Below, piece after piece: positions 27,876 through 42,669 of a stretch of DNA of 64,000 nucleotides. Every line of letters begins with the position of its first letter. The first letter of the stretch is position 1. The translations under genes and the position numbers were made by a program. The notes beneath the pieces were generated by a model that was given only the letters and a program-made list of their open reading frames with translations, was not told where the DNA came from and did not search any database. The stretch spans positions 46,066,001-46,130,000 of the forward strand of contig OZ024749.1 in NCBI GenBank assembly GCA_964016885.1, given 5' to 3'. This DNA is from Eledone cirrhosa. Taxonomy: Eukaryota.

Positions 27876-28285
27876 ATACTAGTAGCACTATTTCTACTAC
27901 TACTACTACTGCGACGCTGAGTAACACAGAAGCACTCAATCAACTAAATTCCCCTCTCACCTCTCACCTTTTCTTGATAGAGAGACTTTCGTGAGACTAC
28001 AGATCCGCCCCCTTTCAGAACAACGATGTGGACGAGGGCCAGAGTCCATGCCATCAAATTTTGATGATGTGTTATCTGGTTCAATGTCTTGTGACATCTT
28101 TCTTTTCTTTTTGATTTTAGCACTAGACAGGTGTCTGAATTCACACTTCAGCCAACTTCCCACCCTCACCAACAATTGCACTGCTTTCAGATTCTTTTTT
28201 ATTTCAAGTTTATCTCTTTAATTCAGGTTTTTTTTTCTTATTCGATCCTCCTCTATAATATTATATATATATATGTGTTTGTGTG

Positions 28286-28336
<51 letters not shown>

Positions 28337-28367
28337 CATAATTTTACATATATTTACACATAAGCAC

Positions 28368-28409
<42 letters not shown>

Positions 28410-28493
28410 ATATATATATATATACATTGTATACATATAAAGATGTGTGTACACACACATACGCACACACACACACATACACACACACACATC

Positions 28494-28537
<44 letters not shown>

Positions 28538-28575
28538 TATGTATATATATACATAAACACACATACGTATTTGTA

Positions 28576-28606
<31 letters not shown>

Positions 28607-28832
28607 GTGTGTGTGCGTGTGTGTGTATGTGTGTTTTCCGTTAATTATATTATTTTCGCTAGTAACATTTTCCATGTTAAGATTATATATATGTTTTTGT
28701 TTGAAAACTATCCTGTGGCCATTTACATTGTGTTGATGCAATCATCGCTTTTATAGAAATTGTGTTATTATTGGTTTTTAAATTAAAATTTATCTCAGAA
28801 ATGATCTGAGAACATGTTATTTGTTTTTGCCA

Positions 28833-29790
28833 TGATGATGATGCTAGTATGATGATGATGATAGTATGATGGTGAGAGTATGATGATGATGGTAGTATGA
28901 TGATGATGCTAGTATGATGATGATGGTGATAGTATGATGATGATGGTAGTATGATGATGATGCTAGTATGATGATGATGATAGTATGATGATGGTGATAG
29001 TATGATGATGATGGTAGTATGATGATGATGATAGTATGATGATGATGGTGATAGTATGATGATGGTGAGAGTATGATGATCATGCTAGTATGATGATGAT
29101 GATAGTATGATGATGGTGATAGTATGATGATGATGAGAGTATGATGATGGTGATAGTATGATGATGGTGATAGTATGATGATGGTGAGAGTATGATGATC
29201 ATGCTATTATGATGATGATGCTAGTATGATGATGATGATGATAGTATGATGATGATGGTGAGAGTATGATGATGGTGATAGTATGATGATGATGATGATA
29301 GTATGATGATGATGCTAGTATGATGATGATGATGATAGTATGATGATGATGGTGAGAGTATGATGATGGTGATAGTATGATGATGATGATAGTATGATGA
29401 TGGTGATAGTATGATGATGGTGATAGTATGATGATGATGATAGTATGATGATGGTGATAGTATGATGATGGTGCTAGTATGATGGTGATGATAGTATGAT
29501 GATGATGGTGAGAGTATGATGATGATGGTAGTATGATGATGGTGATAGTATGATGATGGTGCTAGTATGATGATGATGATAGTATGATGATGATGGTAGT
29601 ATGATGATGGTGATAGTATGATGATGGTGATAGTATGATGATGATGATAGTATGATGATGGTGATAGTATGATGATGGTGATAGTATGATGATGATGGTA
29701 GTATGATGATGATGGTAGTATGATGATGGTGATAGTATGATGATGGTGATAGTATGATGATGGTGAGAGTATGATGATGGTGATGATAGT

Positions 29791-29852
<62 letters not shown>

Positions 29853-29860
29853 AATGGTGA
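28833..29860. repeat. (ATG)n-derived higher-order minisatellite
   Basis: Dozens of ~17-23 bp units TAGT(ATG)n plus GTGA/ATGA/ATGC, resolving into pure (ATG)n at the right end. Confidence 0.9.
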
Positions 29861-30489
29861 TGATGATGGTGATGATGATGATGATGACGATGATGATGAT
29901 GAGGATGGTGGTGCTGATGAACATGATGATGAAGATGATCATGAAAATGATGAAGATAACGAGGAGGAGAAGGAGGAGGAGAAGGTAAAAGTGGATATTG
30001 ATAGGTATGACCATTTTCATCATAATCATAATCTGCATCCTAATCATCATCAACAACATCATCAACATTGTAATCATGATTATGACAACCCGTATCATCG
30101 ACAACAGCACCACCATCGCTCCAACAACCACCACCACCATTACTATCGACACCACCTTACTACCATTAAAACCACCACCACGCTTTCCCCAGATCAGCAA
30201 CACCATAACCACCATCACCCACACCACTACCATAATCTTCATCAAATTAATCGTCTTCTTCACCGTCATAATCAATACTAGAAGCAATATCCTTACAATC
30301 AGGGCCAATCCCATCCTTACTTTCATAATGACGATCGAGTTTCGTGTGTGTTGTGTGAGTGGTGTTCTATATTTTAGTGTCTGGTTGAGATTGAGTAGAC
30401 AATGTGATGTGTACGTCGTTCTGGGGGATTGGCAGAGATTTTACCGAGTCGGAGATGTTCTCGAGATTTTCACCATTGTGTCAAAGTTT

Positions 30490-31080
30490 AACCAGCCAGC
30501 TCACTAACCATCCAACCAACCTACCTACCTACCAGCTGACCAAACTGTCTGTCAGCCAGCAAACCAGTTCACCAACCAAACAACAAGCCAACCAGCCAAC
30601 CAAGCAGCCTACCAGCTGAAAAACTTATCATTCAACCAGCCAGCCAGCCAGCTCACTAGCCTACTAGCCAACCAAATTGCCTACCAGCTAACCAGCCTAC
30701 TAGCCAACCAACCAACAAACCTACCAATTGAACAACCTATCAGTAAACCAGCCAACCAACTCACCAACAAAAAAACAACTAGCTTACCAGCTAATCAACA
30801 TACCAGCCAAACAGCCAACCAACTAAACAATCATCTTATCAACTAATTCCCCAACTAACAAGCCAGTCTTGCCGTACTTACAATTCTGATATTTAAGAAT
30901 GTTTGTTAATTGTAACTGGCCAAGCAATCAGCCAAGCAACCATCCAATAAAACAACCAACCAGCCAACTGACCAAAAACACCAATCAACCAACCAGCCAA
31001 CCAGCCAACCAACCAAATAACAAACCAAACAATTAGCCAACCAATCAAACAATCAGCCAACACACAACCTCGTAACCTCA
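30490..31080. repeat. Degenerate (CCAA/CCAG)n tetranucleotide tract
   Basis: Direct inspection. Confidence 0.8.
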
Positions 31081-31197
31081 ACAATCAATTGTGCCTCATA
31101 TCTTTTCCTGGCAGGAATCAATAGACTACCTAAGACAAAACGTTGTTCATAGCGTTTGTTTAATATTTAGCTGTATTGTTTCGGAGTTTTCATTCAC

Positions 31198-31329
31198 TTG
31201 TCCACTGTTTAACAATGTTTAAGGCAGCGACAACCCGGAAAATAAACAGCCACGTGCTGAAGTAGCCCATCTCTCTGTTTAGATAGATTGGCGTCCATTC
31301 CAATTTTCTAGATTCTTCTTCAATATAGA
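31198..31329 (-). other. Candidate exon of an unidentified host gene
   Basis: Acceptor TTACAATTTACAG, weak donor A|GTGAAT, 132 nt open in phase 1-1 (YIEEESRKLEWTPIYLNREMGYFSTWLFIFRVVAALNIVKQWT). No homology recognised. Confidence 0.25.
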
Positions 31330-31773
31330 CTGTAAATTGTAACAACACTTTACAACACAAAATAATTACCATCACTCATTTCTTCCTTTCCCTTTCTGAA
31401 TCTGTTTGTGTGTGGGTCTCTATGTATCTATATATACCTCTGTATGTTGGTTAATGTCTTAAGCACAGTCTCACTCTCTATCACTTTAAAACTTTACATA
31501 GACAAGCATGTAAGGGGCGCTGCGAACACACATTAACACACAATGACCCACGTCCTGCATATCATTTTTAACATCTTCCTACCAGCCCAGCGCACCTACT
31601 ACACGTCTTTGTGTCTGACTGTAATTTTCCATCAGACATTCCCATCACACTACTATCAACATATCAACGTTCTCTAATTCTTATTATATCCATCGACACG
31701 AATATGTAAATATATGGAATGGATATATATATATATATATTGAAAATTGCAAACTTGACTGTCACCACACAAT

Positions 31774-31814
31774 TTGAACCTGAAGATTGCGAAAGCATGA
31801 AAGTACTTGTTCAA
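31774..31814 (+). ncRNA. Apparently intact minimal type I hammerhead ribozyme
   Basis: TTGAAC-CTGAAGA-tTGC gaaa GCAt-GAAA-GTAC-T-T-GTTCAA. Perfect 6-bp stem I, GNRA-capped stem II, palindromic AGTACT stem III, predicted cleavage after 31808. Confidence 0.85.
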
Positions 31815-31964
31815 TTAACACTTAACATTTAATATTCTACCATACTATTTCATTCTAATACCATTATAAATGTTAAAGGATTGTAAGTAAAACGAGTAAA
31901 TCAGACAAGTTGGAATTCCTTTTATTAATATAACCTTCTATACACAAGCATACACACCCCTGTA

Positions 31965-32039
<75 letters not shown>

Positions 32040-32119
32040 ATGTATGTGTGTGTGTATATATACCTCTGTGGCTGACGTCTGAGAGAAAAAATGACTCAGT
32101 TTAAATATTCTCTTTATTA

Positions 32120-32275
32120 AGGCTGAATGGTGAGTCTTGTTACTTGGGACTTTCGCCTGTTGATCACAGGGTGATCACATGAACATGCGAGAAACCTGAA
32201 TAAGAAGACTCAAAATTTATCGAAAATTTGCAATATTATTACAACAATATGACCCTCCTCAAGTATAACAATATA
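32120..32275. mobile_element. Degenerate inverted PLE-end remnant with a G3:C8 hammerhead-like core
   Basis: Minus strand reads GTGATCA-cCCTGT gatca ACAGGc-GAAA-GTC...GAC-T-C at 32132-32178. Stem I is not evident. The terminus is shared with 43150-43192. Confidence 0.5.
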
Positions 32276-32405
32276 TATATATCTATATATAGGGAAACGA
32301 AGAAACTGAGAGAATACATAGATAGATAGTTAGTTTTAATGATATATATAGAGAGAGACTAAGAAAGAAAATCAGAGAAATTTCTTGACAGATTACTAAA
32401 CTCAC

Positions 32406-32930
32406 ATGAAGGTACGAGAGTGAATTCAGACATGTATTGTTTGGGTAAAGTCGCTGGGGTTTTGTGTGCATTGGTGTCGGTTGTGGTGGTGGCGTATTTG
32501 AGACGCAGTTGAGAACCAAACTTAATAAATTAAGTTGTCCTAAGGAACACTTTAAATAACAAGGACATTCAGAACTTGCACACATTACATTGAGTAGAGT
32601 CTTCTGTATGTTAGGCGAACAACACAGCATAACACACAACACAGCAATTTCTAGAATCAAGAACATCTCCCAAATGGAGGCCGAAGCCGACAACTGAGGC
32701 CGAGGACTGAAGGGTGAGGATGTGTATGAGGGCCAAGCGAGAACGTATTTGACAAACACGTTAAAAAAAATATATATAAAGAAAGCAATTCTTAATAAGA
32801 TGTCTTGAACGACGTTGAAGGCAGCTTCCAATTAGAGTGACAACTTTTGACACACGTAACTCTCCACTCAAACACCTCCATCTCTGCTATGTTGACGACG
32901 TGAAGGAGCTGTGGCGAGCGAGATTGATTA
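32406..32930 (-). other. Candidate first/5'UTR exon
   Basis: Unique, GC-richer island ending at a consensus donor CAT|GTGAGT. The upstream boundary is unknown. Confidence 0.25.
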
Positions 32931-33346
32931 TAGTGGGAGTGGTTGTTATTCGTATTTTTTTTATTTTTTTTATTATTATTATATTTGTCTATTGTTGTTT
33001 CGTTTCGTTGTATCTTTATTTTTGTATTTTATTTTTTGTTAAATGATATTTCGTTTTTCTATTTTTTTTTTTTGGGGGGGGGGGGGGCATGAGAGGAAAT
33101 CCGTTGTGGGAGACGGAAGGCGGCGCGTAGGGGGTTAAATGAGTGAATGACAAAAAGAAGGAACGAGAGAGAGAGAGAGGGGGTATAAATAGATAAACTA
33201 ATATATAAATAGAAAGACAGATAGGTAGATATATATGTAGATAGATAGGAGCACAGACAGACATATAGAAAGATAGATATAGAACTTGGTAGTTAGATGC
33301 ATAGCTAGATAGATAGGAAGGTAGATAGATACTTAAACAGAGAGAG

Positions 33347-33436
<90 letters not shown>

Positions 33437-33699
33437 TGACAAGACGATAAAATAGGAGCTGGATTGAATGCTAGATGGCTAAATAGAGGTAAGTAGATGT
33501 GTAGATAGATATAAAGGTAGATGGATAGATAGGTAGTGGTGAAGAGATAGAAACAAATATATAGATCGATAGAAAAGCATAACAAAATAAAACAAAAATC
33601 TCATGTTAGTGCTTGGTATATGACAGGCATTATGACGATGATGATGAGGATTATTGATTAGGATCAATGTGATAGCAAGACTACGATGCCAGGCATAGT

Positions 33700-33910
33700 G
33701 GTTTCTGATTGAAGCACAAGGCGAGCTATTTTAGGGGTAGTAAAAGTCGATTAAATCGACCCCAGTGCGTTACTGGTATTTTAGATTGTCGACTAAGGGT
33801 GAAAGGCAAATCTAACTTCGGCTGGATTTGAACTCATAAACGTAAAGTGACGAAACAATATGCCACAAAGCATTGTGTCCGACACTCAACCAATACTGCC
33901 AATCCATCGC
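33700..33910 (-). mobile_element. tRNA-derived SINE, long form
   Basis: GCACAAGG...GTCGATTAAATCGACCCCAGTG...GGATTTGAACTC...CAATACTGCCAATCCATCGC. Confidence 0.85.
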
Positions 33911-34189
33911 ACTTAAATGACGATGATAATGATAGATGAATTGGTTATGGTGGATGTGATACGGATAACGGAATTATGATGGTTGATGAATTAGCGCCGG
34001 CCATTGCTGGTTAACCAAATATACTTTATCCAGCAAAAAAAATACTTTTGATAATTTCTATTGTTTGCTGTAAGTGTTTCGGGTAAATAAATGTTGCTCG
34101 AACAATAATGACAATATAATAAATATTTTTCTAACTATAGTTTTTGGTGTAACCCATTGTTGGTTGAAATAAGGTATCATATATGCTAC

Positions 34190-34340
34190 TTTTTGGAGAT
34201 GCAGTATCATTAAATAGTTAAGATTTCATTTCACATCATTGTGGGCCAGCTTTGGGCAAGTGTCATTTACAACATACCTCGAGTCGAACAAGGCTTTGTG
34301 TGTAAAACTGGATAGGTGGAAATTGTAAGGGAGCTTGTTT
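34190..34340 (+). mobile_element. Degenerate second SINE family (CORE-like)
   Basis: TTGGGCAAGTGTC...CCTCGAGTCGAACAAGGCTTTGTG...GGAAATTG resembles a recalled abundant octopus SINE. Single diverged copy. Confidence 0.5.
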
Positions 34341-35502
34341 GATGGACATCAGCTTTAATTCAATGGGCAAGCCTTGTCGTCGGTTATATCAGGCTCAATC
34401 TTGCTTATAATTAACTACCATACTGATACAAATACCTGTGAAATGCTCAATCGCTTGTACGTGAATTTCACGAGCAGATACTTTCCCTGAACAAATAAAT
34501 GTAGCACTCATCCTCGAAATTGATGGAAGCCCATTCCATTTCACCGAATTTCCTATTTTTCCATTGCCCCATTAACACATTTTTTAAAGACAAAAAAATA
34601 TTGGAACACCCAACAGGCTACGAGAGAAGAAAAGGAATATAGCGAACAAAATGTCTTGAGGTAATTAGTCTCTTCTATTTAGGTACCACCCAGTTGAATT
34701 CCCGCTGGTTTTGACTTTGCCTTTTATCTGGCTAAGGACAATAAAGTAACAATTATGAAGGTTATGTGGTCAATTAAATCGATTGTCCACTACCGTCTTC
34801 CTATTCACAGATGTGTAGTGGACATGTGCCAACGATAGAACACATTATGCTAAAGACAGTTATGAGAGTGAAGTGATAAATAAAACAAACCACTTGGGAG
34901 AATGTCTTGCAGTATTTAGTGTTAGTCAGCAGTGCCCATAATTCTTTTGTCGTGGAAAGCATACATATATTTTCAGACAATCGATTTGACACTAACATTG
35001 ATTTCTAATTGAGACAAAAGATCAGTACCCATTTCGGAAGGGCAATGTGTGGTACATTATTTTACTGACCTTGGAATAAGGAAGAATCAAAACTGGCCTC
35101 GACGCTATTTGAAAGTAGATGGTAAAGAACGAAATTAATACAGCAACCTCCAATCATTTGAGGCTTAACTCAATCTGTTAATCACCACCCTGTATTATAT
35201 CCACAAGCCTTTAATAAAACATTTAAATTATTTTCAGGCAGACTTAATAAAACTAAAATTAATATAAGATCGTTACTTATAACTCGGGGAAATCAGGAGA
35301 TATTTTAAGAAAGCCTATGTTACACGACTTACAGCGCATCCGTGTGAAATTTGAAGTATGTATTCTTGCTTTAGATAAAATAGTACCAGTAATACAGTGA
35401 GGGTGAATGAAATAAGTTCTTTAATTACACCTTTCACAAAACAAGAAAGAGAGATATGGTCAGAGACTGTGTGTGCATATATATGTATAGATATATGAGT
35501 AT

Positions 35503-35538
<36 letters not shown>

Positions 35539-35540
35539 AT

Positions 35541-35575
<35 letters not shown>

Positions 35576-36097
35576 AATACATACACACATACATATATAT
35601 GTGTAGTTATATATATATATATATACTTGTTTTATGTCATTCAGGACTTGTACTTCTTAATAAATATATATATGTATACATATGAGTGAGTGTGTGTGTA
35701 TGTGTGAGTGTGTGTGTGTGTTATAGTGTATTATGTGTATGTGTGTGTGTGTTATAGTGTATGAGTGTGTGTTATAGTGTATGTATGTGTATGTGTGTGT
35801 ATGTGTGTGTTTGTATATTTAAGTATACGCAGTCAACTATACGCAACGCTATGTTTGTCTAAGAATATTTGTATTTACACATTCTTACTGTCTGGAGCCC
35901 AGATTTCTGGAATCAGACAACAGATGCCATGTGGTGGTGTTTAGAAGTACCAAAGTTTAACTGAAGATTACCGATAAAAGACTTAGCTTTCCTTTTCAGC
36001 GTTGACAATTAGCCAGACTTGCATGTCAACATCTATTCTACTACACCTATCCAATCACAGACAGAGAGACAGTCTCCCTCACTTTCTCGGTGTTTCA

Positions 36098-36289
<192 letters not shown>

Positions 36290-36315
36290 TATACATATAT
36301 ATGTATATATATATA

Positions 36316-36407
<92 letters not shown>

Positions 36408-36448
36408 CATTTATATATATATATATATATATATATGTATACATACAC

Positions 36449-36497
<49 letters not shown>

Positions 36498-36518
36498 TAT
36501 GTATATATATATATATAA

Positions 36519-36571
<53 letters not shown>

Positions 36572-36854
36572 CATATTATTTATATATGTTCGTGTTGAGG
36601 CTTAAGGTGCGGTTTACCTGAACTACACCTTTCCGGTCTTCTCTCTCCACCTTTATATATCCTTTTATTTATTCACATATAAACTACACTACACACAAAC
36701 ATAAAGGCACAGGCTCAAGCACGTACATATATGTACATCAGAAGTCATGACCGCCCGTCACTCTAATGAACTTAGATGGATAGAAGGGATTAGCCAGTCT
36801 GGAGTCAAAGGAATTATTTCACTCTACACTACCCTTCCTGTCTCCCTGAATAGC

Positions 36855-36892
<38 letters not shown>

Positions 36893-36919
36893 TATATATA
36901 TTCAAACATAAGTACATAC

Positions 36920-37012
<93 letters not shown>

Positions 37013-37305
37013 TATATAGATATACAAACATACATATAAAGACAAACATATATATATATATATATATATGTTTGTGCATTGTTGCATAATATATGCAGAC
37101 AGATGATGCAGTGCACCTTACTGCTGCATTAGTGCGGCAGAAACTCGAGCCCGGGGACCTTATAGGCACCCGTTTTACGTGTGTTGTGTTGAGGCAAATA
37201 ACTATGTGTATACTCTGATAATGTATCTTATATTGCTAATTGAGTGCGCTGAGATACAACCGGTACTGGCATTGATAAATAGCTGGGTCCGTCAACGCTT
37301 ATTAT

Positions 37306-37384
<79 letters not shown>

Positions 37385-37391
<7 letters not shown>

Positions 37392-37600
37392 TAAAATAAC
37401 AGATTAAATATATATATATAGATGGGAGGAAACTTCAGAAGATTCCGTTAAGAGTGAAAGCAGCGATTCTTTGCTTAAATTTTAATCTGTTATTTTAATG
37501 AATATTTGCTCTACGGTTCTTATATAGTTGATATATATTTATCCTTATCGAGCCTTCTTTGGATTTTAGTCTTCACATTTATTATTATTACTATTATTAA
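37385..37600 (+). mobile_element. PLE-end-like repeat with CAGAAGA-stem II-GAAA motif
   Basis: Shared with 19931-20104, 10843-10967 (opposite strand) and 43418-43472. All copies lie in (TA)n/(TAA)n. Confidence 0.65.
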
Positions 37601-37607
37601 TATATAT

Positions 37608-37669
<62 letters not shown>

Positions 37670-38126
37670 GATATAGGTGTGTGTGTGTGTGTTTGCATAT
37701 ATATATAAATATATGTGTGTGTGTGTGTGTGTGTGTTTGTATCATTTATCCATTAAAAAATAAAATATTTATTGCATACTTTTCTTCGTTTCTAAAGAAA
37801 TATATGTTCCCGAAAGGAAATTCAAAGCATTCGTATCAGATTCCTTCCCTAAAATGATTTTGAAAGTAGTTCACCACCGTGACGTCACATATATCCTTGG
37901 TATTTTCCCATGTGTTACAAAAAACCGCAGATCTATTTTCATTTACTGGTTCGGAAAGTAATGAATCAAAAATGACATGGCTATATTCAAATCTATCCTA
38001 TCCATTTAACCCTCTTTTCCCCCCACTCACTTACCCCCTCACTCTTACTCTTTTTCTCTCTCTCACTTAACTTTGATACATTTGGTAGAATAGGTATATA
38101 TATATATGTGTGTGTGTGTGTATATA

Positions 38127-38190
<64 letters not shown>

Positions 38191-38387
38191 AGTGTGTGTG
38201 TGTACGTCATATACATTTATATATATATACATCATCTACAAACACACATCATACACAAACACACCACACACCGACATATTATATGTATATACATACATAT
38301 ATATATATATATATGTATATATATGTATATATATGTATATATATATATATAAATATATATATATATGTATGTATAAATATATATAAG

Positions 38388-38456
<69 letters not shown>

Positions 38457-38500
38457 GCATACATACACATGTACATATATATATATATATACACATACAT

Positions 38501-38567
<67 letters not shown>

Positions 38568-38760
38568 TATGTGTGCGTATGTATATACAATATATGATCA
38601 TTCTTCAGCTCTCTCTGTTTTGGAATAAGGGAAATCCTTTAGTATTGATCCCAATATTTCATAGGCTATCCATACAATAGAAAACAGCTGTGAAAATTTT
38701 GTTACAAAAAATATTTTTGTTGTTTCTTATATCATTTATTATCATTATTATTATTATTAC

Positions 38761-38808
<48 letters not shown>

Positions 38809-39099
38809 CATCTATTTGTTTATTTGTATATTTATTTATTTATTAGATTGAATACGTTTTGCCAAGTGCCTGCCGCTGGGCAACTGAAAAGAGGTGATTT
38901 TTGTAGAAGATGATTGGAAGAAGAAAACCGACAGAGTTTGAAAAGATACATCGTAGAATGAGGGAAAATAGTGATTTGCCAGGGGGCACAGCAAATAGCA
39001 GACAGTGGAAGTGACTTGATGTGAGAAAGCAACGATACATTGATAGATAGAGAGAGTGTGAAGATTTGAGAGACGTGAAAGATGAGACAGAGAGCCAGT

Positions 39100-39159
<60 letters not shown>

Positions 39160-39341
39160 AATGTATATATATATGAAGAAGAACTCGGTGAGATGAGAGA
39201 GAGACACATTAAATATTAGTAACTGTATTTGCATATAAGTGAGAGTGAGCATGAGAGATTTATTCCGATAGAGACAGAGAAGTTAACTAGGTAACAGTTA
39301 AGGAGATAAAGTGAAGACGGGATATAGATAGAGTGATAGAA

Positions 39342-39430
<89 letters not shown>

Positions 39431-39612
39431 AGAGAGAGAGGTGGTGAAAGTGAAGGAAACACAGTGAAATAGAGACATGGAATCAAACAGTGGATACGGA
39501 AAACTTTGGGAAGTGGAAAACAATAATAATAAAATATGAAATATAATGAGATGTACAGAAGAGACGGTATTGATATCGACAAAAATAAAAAAATTAAAAG
39601 CAGAGGAATAAT

Positions 39613-39981
39613 AATAATTGTTTCTACTTTTGGCACAAGGCCAGCAATTACCATGTGCATTACTGGTACTTTATTTTATCGACCCCGTAAGGATGAAAGG
39701 CAAAGATAACCTCGGTGGGATGTGAAATCAGGACGCTATTGGCCCTAACACCATGCTACAATACTGCCAATTCAACTAATGATAATAATAATGGTTTCTG
39801 ATTTAAGCACTAGGCCAGCAATTTTAGGTCAGATGAAACTCGATTAAATCGACCCCAATATGTTACTGGTGCTTTATTTTATTGACCTCGGTGGGGTTTG
39901 AAATCATAACGCAATGAGCCCTAACACTATGCTATAAAGAATTGTGTCCGACGCTCTACCAATACTACCAATTCATCGCCC
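39613..39981 (-). mobile_element. Two SINE copies
   Basis: Reverse-complement copies at ~39613-39775 and ~39790-39981. Confidence 0.85.
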
Positions 39982-40196
39982 TTGATAATAATAATGATAA
40001 TAATAATTAAAAGGAATAATCGATTATTCGATGGTATATAGAGAAATGACAAGAAAAAAAGTTGGAAATTACTAGAAAATCCATAAGTAAACAAAGCGAA
40101 AATTTTGTCTGTGTGTGTTTGTACATATATATTATATATATACACAGAAATACACACACAACACACATACAGACAAACACACATACACACACAAAG

Positions 40197-40262
<66 letters not shown>

Positions 40263-40335
40263 GTATATACTATACGAAGGCGTTTGTGTTTGCGTGTTTG
40301 TGGGTGATAAAGAGTTCGGGTGGGGGTTCTTTGAG

Positions 40336-40377
<42 letters not shown>

Positions 40378-40441
40378 GTAGAGAGATAGGGAGATAGAGA
40401 GAGGAAGAGATGGAGAGAGAGGGAGAGAGAGAGAGGGGTAG

Positions 40442-40540
<99 letters not shown>

Positions 40541-40830
40541 GGGAGTTAGGGAAGCGTCTTGAAATACGTTGGAAATTTGCCTGGAGGAGCTGAGAAATAA
40601 TATCAGGTGCACGCAAGGAATGAATAATGAGTGGGCGAAGATGGAGTATGAGGGTTATATGAGAAAAAGAAGCGAGTCAGAATGATCACAATTACACAAC
40701 GTCACTAATAATAACGACACGCACAGTTACATGCACACACACACACTCACACACACACATAAATATATATATATATATATAAATCTCTCTCTCTATATAT
40801 ATATATGTGTACATATATATATATGTGTAT

Positions 40831-40903
<73 letters not shown>

Positions 40904-40913
40904 CCTATGTTTG

Positions 40914-41063
<150 letters not shown>

Positions 41064-41547
41064 TAGAAACACATTGCATGCAATTACATATAACTTAGAG
41101 ACGAGGTGGCTGGCCCTTGCTGTCTGTTGTGAAGCTGCTGCAAGGGAGTCTCCACCTGTGTCCCACCAAACGAGACTTCTTTTTCTTTTTCTCCTATTTA
41201 CCCCTCAAGTGTTGAAACGAAAAAAGCCCCTACAAGCTATCCAACATACACGCTGGGTTGACAATGCCCAGGAGCAAAATCAGTGTTTCCACCAGCTTTT
41301 CAGTCCTTCCTCTCCATTGCAACAAAGTGTCAACATCTGTAGAAGACAACGGCCACCTAGCTAGCTTTCTTTCTTTTTTCCTTTCGTTATTTCCTTATTT
41401 CCTTCTTTTACTCTTTCACCTTCATTCCTTTTGTGTTTTTGTTTTTTTTTTGTTTGTTTGTTATATTTACACATTCATACAAATTTCAGTGTATGGCTGA
41501 GTATTGTCGGCTGGTGATTGCATAAACATACATATATATATATATAC

Positions 41548-41721
<174 letters not shown>

Positions 41722-41903
41722 ATGCATATGTATATATATGTATATATATATGTATGTGTGTGTGTGTGTGTGTATGTGCCTGTCTGAGTATATGTGTATA
41801 AGGTTTCCATGTGTGTGCGAATATGGTTTTCTGTGTGAGCGCTTGTTTCAGCTCTTTACAAGTTTAACCGCCAGCATAGTACCTGAAACGAAATTAACAT
41901 ATA

Positions 41904-42041
<138 letters not shown>

Positions 42042-42558
42042 TTTTTGCACCAGCCATTATTATAGACAAATTTATTATTGTACTTATTATATAATCCTCC
42101 GGGATTGAAGGGCATTGCCCGTAGCCTGCGTCATAAATAGAGAGAGATACTCCAGATGTAAATAAATGGGCAAAATACCTTATATAGATATGTGGGCTCT
42201 AATGTATGGACGGGCGGTTAGGTGAATTGAGAGAAGGAGATGTTAATGAACATGTAGATGGCTACATGGATGGATGGATACAAATGTAGATGGTTCAGTG
42301 TGTCGATGTTTCAATGATTTGATATGGAGGGTGGATGAATAATTGAATAGTGATGATGGTCTGTATAAACGTTGGGCATTTTGTTATATGACGAGACGAG
42401 CTGGTTTAACCAAAGAACGCACAAAGCAGGTCACATTGATACACACACATACACACACAAACAAAACACATATATATAATTCATCACCGTTATATATATA
42501 TATATATATATATATAACTGTTTCTACGTTAGGCACAAGGCCAGCAATTACCCAGTGC

Positions 42559-42654
42559 ATTTCATATCAACAACCTCGCAAAACTAATTCATCGCCGTTA
42601 TATATATAAATACAACGGCGATGAATTAGTTTTGCGAGGTTTTTGATATGAAAT
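42559..42654. repeat. 41-bp-arm inverted repeat around an (AT)n spacer
   Basis: ATTTCATATCAACAACCTCGCAAAACTAATTCATCGCCGTT is inverted against AACGGCGATGAATTAGTTTTGCGAGGTTTTTGATATGAAAT. Confidence 0.85.
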
Positions 42655-42669
42655 CGTGTGTCGAAACAA

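Noticed and set aside
28833-29790. CRISPR-like array
   Set aside because: No unique spacers. It is a simple-repeat derivative in eukaryotic DNA.
29562-30507. Poly-Met/Ile/His ORFs
   Set aside because: Products of (ATG)n/(CAT)n repeats.
32283-32831. 182-aa minus-strand ORF as a single-exon gene
   Set aside because: Non-ATG start, no recognisable domain, and it runs through a consensus splice donor into low-complexity sequence.
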